A stretch of 64,000 nt of DNA from NCBI GenBank assembly GCA_951406725.2, contig OX597827.1, positions 16,182,001 to 16,246,000 of the forward strand, in the 5' to 3' direction. Under the pieces are notes generated by a model, which did not search any database, was not told the origin of the DNA, and was given only the letters and a program-made list of their open reading frames with translations. Each line of letters begins with the position of its first letter. The stretch's first letter is position 1. Position numbers and translations under genes: made by a program. The stretch is from Octopus vulgaris (lineage: Eukaryota). Positions 53,502 through 64,000 of the stretch are shown piece after piece.

Positions 53502-54405
53502 TATTTGAATATCACAAAGGGTTCAATAACCTTAATCCTCCATTTTACAACTTGTGGTTTGTGTTCCTGTTGGGGATCCCTTTTTCCCACATATCATTCT
53601 TTTGGGTTTTATTACTTTTTTTATCCCAATTTCTAGTTTGCTTATGAACTACGTTCCCCTTCTCTCTCTCTCTCTCTCTCTCTCCCAACTACTCACTTCC
53701 ACTCACCTGTTCTCTCTCTTCCTTTTTCTCCCTCACCACCTCCACCTACTCTCTTTTTCTTCACTTGCTCTCTGTCTCTGTCTCTCTCTTAACTGCTCTC
53801 TCTCCTTTTTCCCTCCTACTCTCTCTCCCCCACCCAACAGCATTCTCTCTCTCTATCTCTCCTACTTGTGCTCTCACTTCCACTCACCTGCTCTCCCTTT
53901 CTTCCCTCCACCTGCTTTCTCTCTCTCTCTCTCTGTCTACCATAAATTTCAGTCGAATATTTCGGGAGTTATAACCACAGTGGAAGTTGGAGGTGGACCC
54001 CTGACGACTTGAACTGAGTGTTTGATATCTGGATGGGAAACCCTTCCCTCTGTGTTCCTCCTTTCGGGGCTGATAAAATAAAGGACCAGTTGAGCAATGG
54101 AGTCAGTATAGTTGACTTTACTCTGCCCTCAAAATTCCTGGCCTTGTGCCAATCTTTGAGATCATCATCATTATCATCATCCAATCTCTCATCCTCTCTT
54201 TTGACCCACTGTCCATGTTCTCTCTTAAGCTCACATTCTTGTACCTTGAAAGTTTAGCTTCCCAGCCATGTGGTCCTGTGTTCAGTTCTGCAGCACACCA
54301 CAATGGGCAAGTATTTTCTATAGCCCTTGGTCGACTAAAGCCTTGCGAGTGGATTTAGTAGAAAGAAACTGAAAGAAGCTCTTATACATCATCTTCAACA
54401 TTTAA

Positions 54406-54626
54406 CCCTTTCATTACCAGCCCGGCTGAAACCGGCTCTAGCTCCATCATACAAATGTCTTGTTTTCATAAGTTTTGAACTAAAATTTTCCACCAAACCT
54501 TAGTCACAATTTGTGCTCCTAATACTAGCTTAATGATGACTAAGTTATTTTACTAAATTCTTTGTTATATTTAAAGTAATTGAAAGAAACACAGAGCATC
54601 TCAAAATAAATACAGTAATGAAAGGG
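54406..54626 (+). mobile_element. TTAA MITE (piggyBac-like)
   Basis: TTAA|CCCTTTCATTAC...GTAATGAAAGGG|TTAA. Confidence 0.85.
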
Positions 54627-55214
54627 TTAACAAAAGATCTGCATCATGGAGAGAGCCAAAATTTTTAAGGACTAGAAGAAACCTGGTGCATTAAACAGCC
54701 ATAATGAAGTGTTTTCTAATGAAGTGTTTCTAAAGAAACACAGAGCATCTCAAAATAAATATAGTAACAAAAGGGTTAATGTATGCTTTCCATGCTGGCA
54801 TGGATTGGAAGAGGACAAGAACTGGCAAAGCCAGGGGCCTCACCAGGTTCCACGGTCTGTTTTGGTTTGTTTCCTACAGCTGGTTGTCTTTCCCAATGTC
54901 AACTACTCCACAGAGTGTACTGGGTGCTTTTTACATGGCATCTTCACCAGTGCTTTATTAAAGGGGCAAACTGACAGAATTGTTAGCATGCCAGGTAAGA
55001 TGTTTAACTGCATTTCGTCCATTTTCATGTTTTGAGTTCAAATGCCACCGAGTCCCTTTGGGGTCAATAAATTAAGTACCAGTCAAGTACTGGGATTGAT
55101 GTGATCAACGATCCCCCCCCCCGTCAGAAATTCCAGGCCTTGTGCCGATTGTAGAAAGGATTATTATTATTTATTTCTTTACTACCCACAAGGGGCTAAA
55201 CACAAAGGGGACAA

Positions 55215-55906
55215 TCATCATCATCATTGTTCGACCGTGGTCGAGACAATGGAATTTACCATGCTACGCCAGACTTCACGGTCCATCATGGCATTACGGA
55301 GGTCCTGTTGCTGGATGCCTGTATCCCTGGAGATTACATCAGGGTAGGAGAGTGTGCGCCCTCTGGTATCGCGAATAGATGGCTTCCAGAGGAGAAGAGT
55401 AGAAATTGCCTCGTTTTCAGCTCTACAACAATGTCCAGCAAACTGGACTCTCCTACCTTTCACAAGAGGTGACACAGGTGGTAGTTTCCCATATATTTGC
55501 ATTTTGCTTGGATGGCGCCTCCACGAGAGATTTTGAGCTCTCATAAGGAGGCGAGTGTAGGTTCCATCCAACCGCCTCTCAAGCTTCTTTGATAACGTCC
55601 AGGTTTCTGAGCCATATAGTAGAATTGGTTCGACTGTGGCTTTGAAGATTTCAAGTTTGAAGTCTCTACTTAGATTTGATGACCAGATCTTATGCATGTC
55701 ATTACAGGCTGACCAGGCCATACCCTTTCTAGTTAGAAAGTCTTTTCCAGATGATGATATGTATGACCCAAGATATTTGTAATCAGAAACCATATTTAAG
55801 GGCGCATTGTTGAGAGTATGGATGATGCAATCACTGTTGGACAGGCACTTGTTTATGTATTCAGTCTTGGCCTCATTGAGGTAAAGACCTACACAATTTG
55901 AGGCTT
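55215..55906 (-). mobile_element. RTE LINE 3' fragment inserted in a family B SINE
   Basis: open frame VSDYKYLGS...LLYGSETW...STTVEQ*; (GAT)n tail; TSD ggggacaa splitting the SINE. Confidence 0.92.
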
Positions 55907-56433
55907 GGGGACAAACAAGGACAGATAAATGGATTAAGTTGATTATATCGACCCCAGTGCGTAACTGGTACTTAATTTATCGACCCCCGAAAGGATGAAA
56001 GGCAAAGTCGACCTCGGCGGAATTTGAACCCAGAATGTAACGGCAGACGAAATACAGCTACGCAGTTGAATGTTAGCGCATCAGATGAAATGCTTAGCAC
56101 CATTTCTTCTGGTTCTTTACATTTTGAGTTTGTGTTCCTGCTGAGGTCAACTTAACCTTTCATTCTTTCAGGGTCGATAAAATAAAGTACCTATCAAGTA
56201 CTGGGATCAGTGCAAATGACTACCCTTCCATCCCGAAATTTACTGATCTTGTACCAAAATTCGAAACTATTATTATTAGTATTATTATTATCATTAGGAC
56301 AGCAAGCTGGCAGAATCGTTAGCTCGCTGGACGAAATGCTTAGCGGTATTTTGCCCATCACTATGTTCTGAGTTCAAATTCCACTGAGGTCAACTTTGCC
56401 ATTCATCCTTTGGGGTCGATTAAATAAATACCA

Positions 56434-56805
56434 GTGGTGGGGACGCTGGCAACTGGTAGTGTCAGAGCTATGCCGCCAGGAACTTCGGTTCCTGGTAGGG
56501 CCACCCAAGGCAATTTGGTCTGACACCAAGTGGTATTAGGGCCACAACCCGGCAGACTGGGCTCTGGTGAAAATCCTCAGAGTGTCTGTTTCGGCAACAG
56601 GTGTCTCCTCGGTCGTTCTGTTCCTGCGTTTGCGAACAATCTGCGGCAAGCAGGATGTCTCTACATGCGGGATTGCTGGGGGCCGCTTGTGAAATCCACA
56701 TATTCCCACAAAACTTCTTCCAACTTTTTCTAGATTCCTCGAGGGTGGTAGAAGAAGCCGACTCAACCCGCCCAGGGTGAATGTCGCCACAATTACAAGT
56801 AAGTA
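56434..56805 (+). mobile_element. bipartite non-autonomous RTE derivative
   Basis: sister of 49227-49635, inserted in an old B-type SINE. Confidence 0.8.
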
Positions 56806-57983
56806 ATGTAATCGACTCTCCCCCTCCCCAAAATTGCCCTTGTGGAAAAATTTGAAACCATTATTATTATTATTATTAGTGTGGTGAGATGGCAGAATCG
56901 TTAGCTCGCTGGATGAAATGCTTAGTGGTATTTCGGCTGCCGTTACGCCGAGGTCGACTTTGCCTTTCATCCTTTCGGGGTTGATAAATTAAATACCAGT
57001 TACACACTGGGGTCAATGTAGTCGACTTAATCCGTTTGTCTGTCCTTGTTTGTCCTCTCTGTGTTTAACCCCTTGTGGGTAGTAAAGAAATAGGTATTTT
57101 GCCCATCACTGTGTTCTGAGTTCAAATTCCACCAAGGTCAACTTTGCCATTCATCCTTTGGGGTCAATTAAATAAGTACCAGCTATGCACTGGGGTCAAT
57201 GTAATCGACTCTCCCTCTCCCCAAAATTGCCCTTGTGGAAAACTTTGAAACCATTATTATTATTATTAGTGTGGTGAGATGGCAGAATCGTTAGCACGCC
57301 TGGCAAAATGCTTAGCAGTATTTTGTCTGTCTCCATGCTCGGAGTTCAAATTCTGCTGAGGTTGATTTTGTCTTTTATCTTTTTGGGGTTGATAAAATAA
57401 GTACCAGCTGAACATTGGGGTTGATTTAATCAACTTAGGCCCTCCCACAAAGCTGCTGGCCTTGTGCCAAAATTTGAAACTATTATTATTATTATTATTA
57501 TTATTATTATCACTTTGCAAGAATTGTCAGGATGTATGACAAAATGTGGAATTTTTTCTAGCTCTTAATATTTTGATTTAAAATCCCCCAAAAATTTATT
57601 TTACCTTTCATCCCACTTAGATTGATACAGTAAAATATCAACCACATACTGGATTGCCAGAATAATCCTCTAAAAAAAATTTACTGGCTTTGTACCTCAA
57701 TTAGAAAGAATGGATCTTTTCGGTTTGAACGGCAGTTTTTTCTAGCAGTGTCATATGAAATTGTCACCCATAATTATGACCCTAGTATCGATCTATTGCA
57801 TTTCAATCTGTTTTAGGGTTAGGGTTGGGGGGAAGGGTATCTTTTTTTCTTCACAAATGTAAATAAACCCAGTCTGTTTCTTAAACGAGGGACATATTCA
57901 TACGGCACAGAATGTTTTTTTACCTCAATAGACGTCACTGATTGGTTGAAATTGCAGAAATTGAAGAAAAAACAACAACAAAT

Positions 57984-60900
57984 CTACCAACTACAACAAC
58001 AGCTGTACTCCATACAGACGACTCAGCAAAACCAGGCAACATTGATACAAAGGCTGACACCTGGACTTACAGGGCACATACAACAAATACAGACAGCCCA
58101 GCAGACCGAATATCCAGTCAGCACAGTCCCAGCAACTACAACAGTCTTGCCAGCAATAGGACAGATGTATCCGGTACAACAAGCATAATAACAGCAAATA
58201 TCCAGGGTCTTTATCCGAAAACAAAACAGTGTAAAGTCCCTTTCTTGGAAGAATTAGCAACAGAAAACAACTCCAAAATAATTGGAATTACTGAAAGTCA
58301 TCTCAACGAAAACATCCGCAACAGCGAAATCACAATCAATAGATTCAACATCTTCAGATGTGATAGACAAGGCAGATCCCATGGGGGCATTATCATGTAT
58401 ATCCATGATACCTATGCATGCATAGAACTTGTCAATGAATCAAATGCCTACTGCAACCTGCTGTGCATAAAAATCATCCAACTTAACACAGTTGTAACAA
58501 TAATGTACAGACTGCCAAACAGCCCAACATTATCCTTCACTGAGCCACTGACAAAGCTCCAACAAATTCTGGGAAACATAGTGAGTCCAATGCCAGACAT
58601 TATCCTCCTTGGTGACTTCAACTTCCCTAACATCATCTGGCCACATGGACACATACTAAAACTGGGGACAAAAGCTGAAGAAATACAGGCAGCCAAACTG
58701 TTGGAAGTCACAGAGAAATTATACCTCAAACAAATGATGACAGAAGCAACAAGAAATAATAATACGATCGACTTGGTTTTCACCAACAACGAGGACATGC
58801 TATTTGACCTTCACTCAACCCCAACAATCCTTTCAGACCACAATATTATTGAAATGCATTTACACATTGGTAATGAGCCCAATGCCACAACTCTTAAACA
58901 AAAGGACATGCCAAAGCTATGCAGGTATGATTATCACCAGGCAAATTGGGAAACTATTAACAACCAGTTACAAATCATTGACTGGGATCTCTACCTTACT
59001 GGGCCAGATAAACACAAGAAATTCTTAAACAAGATCGAAGAAATATGTGCAAAAAATATTCCTCTAAAGAAAACCAAGTCCACAAAAAAACCTGTACCAC
59101 GGGAGCGAAAGATCCTGATGCGCAAAAGGTCAAGACTAAGAAACAAAACATCTAAGCTGACATCAAAACATGAATTACAGAAAGTCCTTGACCAAATATA
59201 CAGATTAGAAGACAATCTAAAACAACACTATGATGAAGAACGTAACAATGCAGAAAAGAGAGCCATAGAAAACATCAAGAAAAATCCAAAATGTTTCTAC
59301 AGTTTTGCAAAGAAATACTCGAATACCAAGTCAACAATAGGACCTCTCCAGAGACAAAATGGAGATGTAGTGAATAACCCTATTGAAATGGCAGAAATGT
59401 TGGGTCAACAGTATGAAAGTGTCTTCAGTGAGCCATCTAAAACCATGAAGATCCATGACCCAGGAAAATTCTTCAAGGATATCGACCATACTAAACCTAC
59501 CCTATCCGACATTGATTTCAACCCAGAAGACATAGAAAGAGCCATAGACAAGCTCTCCATGCACTCGGCTGCGGGGCCTGATGGTTTCAATGCCATGATA
59601 CTTAAAAACTGCAAGGTACAATTGTTGAAACCCCTTTACATGATATGGAGGGAATCTATGGAGAATGGCAAAATACCAAATACATATAAAGAAGCACACA
59701 TAACTCCAATACATAAAGGGGACAGCAAATCAAAACCAAAGAACTACCGACCAATCTCACTGACATCACACATTATCAAGGTCTTCGAAAGAATAGTTCG
59801 TGGAAAACTGGTTGAGTTCCTGGAATCCAACAATCTGATGAATTGCAACCAGCATGGATTCAGGTTAGGTAGATCATGTCTTTCCCAACTACTGGCGCAC
59901 CATGACCAAATCCTAGAAAATCTAGAGAATGGATACAACACAGATGTTATTTACCTCGACTTTGCCAAGGCATTTGACAAGGTAGATCATGGCATCCTGG
60001 GTCACAAACTTCGAAAGCTAGGAGTAGGAGGAAAAGTTGGTACATGGATACATGAGTTCCTTACAAATAGAACTCAAACAGTCACTGTGAATGGAACCCA
60101 TTCAACACCATCACCTGTGACCAGCAGTGTTCCTCAGGGTACAGTACTCGGCCCAATCCTGTTTCTCATCCTCATCTCTGACATAGATGAAGATACAACC
60201 AGCAACGTCTCATCCTTTGCTCAATGATAAGAAGTTTGAACTAATTCGCTACGGAACAGATCAAGATCTGAAAAATACAACAAACTACAGAAACCCATCA
60301 GGACAACAAATAATGGAAAAACAGTATGTGAAAGATTTAGGCATCCACATGGGAACCAACCTAAAATTCAGAGAACACCTTGACTCAGTCTGTCTTACTG
60401 CAAGAAAGTACAGCGGGTGGATCTTGCGCACCTCCAAATCAAGAGATACCTCAACAATGAAAACCCTCTGGAACAGTATGATACTTCCGAGGATTGACTA
60501 CTGTTCTCAGTTGTGGTCACCAACAACAAAGGGCCAACTATCTAAGATAGAATCGCTCCAAAGAAATTTTACCTCATACTTCTCAGAAACGAGGGACCTG
60601 GACTATTGGCAAAGACTCAAAACCTTGAGGATGTACTCAATAGAAAGAAGATTTGAGCGATACCGAATTATATACATTTGGAAAATGATAGAGCAAAAGG
60701 TGCCAAACTTTGGTATCAAAACCTACCACTCACTGCGCCACGGAAGACGCTGCCAGCTACCACCAATCAACAAAAAGGCTGGCCAGGCAGCAAAAACCCT
60801 GCGAGAATCAAGTCTGTTGGTTCGAGGAGCACAACTATTCAACTCCATTCCGGTACATGTCAGAAATCTATCAGGATGCGGTGTGGAATCATTCAAATTG

Positions 60901-61068
60901 CAGGTGGATAGATACTTAAGCACCATTAGAGATAAACCCCATCTCCCAGGATATACACAACGAGCACAAACTGACTCAAACTCGCTCCTACACATGTCAA
61001 AATTAAACAGAGAATACAACCTGGCAACCACACCAGACTCTGAGGGTGGAGTCTTCGACTTGGCCTGA
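57984..61068 (+). pseudogene. LINE ORF2 (endonuclease/reverse transcriptase) inactivated by an internal deletion and frameshift at ~60222
   Basis: open to SSFA, where the catalytic DD should follow; resumes in another frame at NDKKFELIRYG...KDLGI...EGGVFDLA*. Confidence 0.9.
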
Positions 61069-61094
61069 GCATGGACTCAAACTCAAATGAAATT
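57984..61094 (+). mobile_element. 5'-truncated CR1-type LINE (~3.1 kb)
   Basis: APE endonuclease (TANIQGL, GITESHL, LGDFN, IDLVF, SDH) plus RT (KNYRPISL, QHGFR, YLDFAKAFD, VPQGTVLGP); inserted into a MITE at aaat. Confidence 0.95.
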
Positions 61095-61623
61095 AAATAT
61101 CTTACAAACTATAGAATTTTCTCAATAAAGCCAAGACAAAAAAGATGTTTTATAAACACATTCTACCAGTATACAAAGTTTAAAAGTGTTTAGTTGTGTG
61201 GAAATTATTTTAAAATTTTATAATTACATATATATTCATATATACATACATACACATACATAGTTATATACAAACACGCACACATTTATATATACACTCC
61301 TATAGATATATAAATTTATTTCAGTCCACGTATTGCACTGTTTGATCAGAAAATAAGCTTCTTATATTTGAGCTGAATATGGTGTGTTATTGGAAGGAAA
61401 CTGAGTATCTTATGCAAACGGATCAATAAGCTGCAAAATGCTCCAGCTGGGATTCACCTCTCCAACGCTTTTTACTGCAACTTAAAAGCAGAGAAGCAAT
61501 GCATTTAAATTTGCACATTTTTTTATTTACAACTAGGTCTTCTAGTATTTAGATTTTATTACAATGCAGGGAGCTGACAGAAACATTAGCATACTAGGCA
61601 AAATGCCTAGCAATATTTTGTAC

Positions 61624-62360
61624 GTCTTTATGTTCTGAGTTCGAATTCCGCAAAGGTCGACTTTGCCTTTCAGCCTCTCGGGGTCGATAAATTAAATACC
61701 AGTTGTGTACTGGATGTCTTTACGTTCTGAGTTCGAATTCCACCGAGGTCGACTTTGCCTTTCAGCCTCTCGGGGTCGATAAATTAAATACCAGTTGTGT
61801 ACTGGATGTCTTTGCGTTCTGAGTTCGAATTCCACCGAGGTCGACTTTGCCTTTCAGCCTCTCGGGGTCGATAAATTAAATACCAGTTGTTTACTGGATG
61901 TCTTTACGTTCTGAGTTCGAATTCCACCGAGGTCGACTTTGCCTTTCAGCCTCTCGGGGTCGATAAATTAAATACCAGTTGTTTACTGGATGTCTTTGCG
62001 TTCTGAGTTCGAATTCCACCGAGGTCGACTTTGCCTTTCAGCCTCTCGGGGTCGATAAATTAAATACCAGTTGTTTACTGGATGTCTTTACGTTCTGAGT
62101 TCGAATTCCACCGAGGTCGACTTTGCCTTTCAGCCTCTCGGGGTCGATAAATTAAATACCAGTTGTTTACTGGATGTCTTTGCGTTCTGAGTTCGAATTC
62201 CACCGAGGTCGACTTTGCCTTTCAGCCTCTCGGGGTCGATAAATTAAATACCAGTTGTGTACTGGATGTCTTTACGTTCTGAGTTCGAATTCCACCGAGG
62301 TCGACTTTGCCTTTCAGCCTCTCGGGGTCGATAAATTAAATACCAGTTGTGTACTAGGGT
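61624..62360 (+). repeat. 8 x 92 bp tandem array derived from the SINE B core
   Basis: gttctgagttcgaattc recurs at 61632, 61724, 61816, 61908, 62000, 62092, 62184 and 62276. Confidence 0.97.
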
Positions 62361-62671
62361 CGACCTAATCAACTGGCCGGCAATGTTTCGTTTGTAGTAG
62401 CACACGTTTCCCTCGATTTCCTCCGTCGATTGTCGATTTCCGTAAAAAACTTTTATTTTTTTACATATGGCTTTGCGGGAATATTTGAAGTAATGAGAGC
62501 GAAAGAGACTAAGAGGAAGCGATTTTATGACGACGGAATTTCTTTTTGAAGTCCCCGTGTGTGTGTTTGATGGGGTGTGGGAGACAGACAGTATGTTGTG
62601 TAAGTGAAGTGCTTCTGTTAGTGTGTGCGAAGAGACAGAGAGAGTAATGTGTGAAAGAGAGAGATAACTGA

Positions 62672-63497
62672 AATTTTTCACTCGGTGTATATGTATGTGT
62701 GTGTGTGTATGTATCTATGTATGTGTGTATGTATCTATGTATGTGTGTGTATGTATGGCCGATTCAGTGTAATTTTTTACTCGGTGTATGTGTATATGTA
62801 TGTCTGAATGTATGTATGTATGTGTGTATGTATCTATGTATCTGTGTATGTGTATGTATGTATGGCCGATTCAGTGTAATTTTTTACTCAGTGTATGTGT
62901 ATATGTATGTCTGCATGTATGTGTGTGTGTGTGTGTATGTATCTATGTATGTGTGTGTGTGTAAGTATGTGTGTGTGTATGTATGTATGTATGGCCGATT
63001 CAGTGTAATTTTTTACTTGGTGTATGTGTATATGTATGTCTGCATGTATGCGTGTGTGTGTATGTATCTATGTGTGTGTGTGTGTGTATGTATGTATGGC
63101 CGATTCAGTGTAATTTTTTACTCGGTGTATGTGTATATGTATGTCTGCATGTATGTGTGTGTGTATGTATCTATGTATGTATGTGTGTGTGTGTGTAAGT
63201 ATGTGTGTGTATGTATGTATGGCCGATTCAGTGTAATTTTTTACTCGGTGTATGTGTATATGTATGTCTGCATGTATGTGTGTGTGTGTATGTATGTGTG
63301 TGTGTATGTATGTGTGTGTGTGTAAGTATGTGTGTGTGTGTATGTATGTATGGCCGATTCAGTGTAATTTTTTACTCGGTGTATGTGTATATGTATGTCT
63401 GCATGTATGTGTGTGTGTGTATGTATATATGTATGTGTGTGTGTGTATGTATATATGTATGTGTGTGTGTATGTATGTATGTATGTATGTATGGCCG
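62672..63497. repeat. ~105-130 bp compound minisatellite
   Basis: six full anchors tatggccgattcagtgtaattttttact plus partial ends, with GT/TATG spacers. Confidence 0.93.
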
Positions 63498-63800
63498 AAA
63501 GAGGGTGGGACATTGATATTGTAGCAGTCCTTTGATGACGATTCCTTACTAAGTCATGAAATGGCTTGTTCTGTTGATAACAAGTGATGTGCTTGCTTAT
63601 ATTAAGACCCAGAAGGATAGATATATCATTGAGAACAATAAATTTAGTTGATTTAGCTTATGGTGTACTAGAAGAGGTTAGAAAGGGTCAAGTGGTGAAG
63701 GGATTATTTCGGCCTAGCTTTTTTCTTTTACTTGTTTTAGTCATTAAACAGGCAAAGGTAATCTAAGGTAATCTTTTCGTTTTAACTCGAAATAATGTAA

Positions 63801-64000
63801 ACACTGAATCGGCCATACATACATACACACACACATACATACACACACACACATACATAGATACATACACACACACATACATGCAGACATACATATACAC
63901 ATACACCGAGTAAAAAATTTCAGTTATCTCTCTCTTTCACACATTACTCTCTCTGTCTCTTCGCACACACTAACAGAAGCACTTCACTTACACAACATAC
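63801..64000 (-). repeat. right arm of a long inverted repeat of ~62591-62770
   Basis: reverse complement reads gtatgttgtgtaagtgaagtgcttctgttagtgtgtgcgaagagacagagagagtaatgtgtgaaagagagagataactgaaattttt..., as at 62591. Confidence 0.93.

Larger units (their letters stand above)
57712..61212. mobile_element. GGATC-TIR MITE split by a CR1-type LINE
   Basis: MITE 5' part 57712-57983 resumes at ~61095 (aaatatcttacaaactatagaa...); right TIR missing. Confidence 0.85.

Noticed and set aside
57942-57983. N-terminus of the 761 aa ORF as a MITE-LINE fusion protein
   Set aside because: Starts at a TTG inside the MITE with a chance open frame; no evidence of a real start
61624-62360. Tandem tRNA or 5S gene array
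   Set aside because: Units contain only the B-box and core part of SINE B; no cloverleaf or A box per unit

Overview
Repeat-rich, AT-rich animal genomic DNA, most likely a coleoid cephalopod such as Octopus (inferred from the SINE, microsatellite and LINE landscape, not from a database match). The only host gene I can support is the 3' half of a beta-TrCP (BTRC/FBXW11/slimb) F-box/WD40 gene on the + strand. It has seven GT-AG coding exons (14464-33039) that splice into one continuous frame, probably followed by a ~4.6 kb 3' UTR; its upstream exons lie outside the window. The rest is transposon-derived: at least four SINE families (A-D here), RTE and CR1 LINE fragments, a nearly intact CR1-type ORF2 missing only the catalytic DD segment, two decayed mariners, a decayed Penelope-like element, TTAA, TA and 8-bp-TSD MITEs, and mini/microsatellites. 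Most listed ORFs are repeat artefacts. The most unusual signals are: (1) a near-intact tRNA-Gln(CTG) fused directly to a SINE/LINE 3' tail whose hairpin shows compensatory changes; (2) hammerhead-ribozyme motifs on the sense strand of the last beta-TrCP intron; (3) a perfect 60-bp-arm palindrome centred on a hammerhead-like core; (4) an 8 x 92 bp SINE-derived B-box array with a dimeric higher-order pattern beside a large inverted repeat; (5) a twin-primed RTE insertion; (6) head-to-tail SINE trains and a GGTA target bias.
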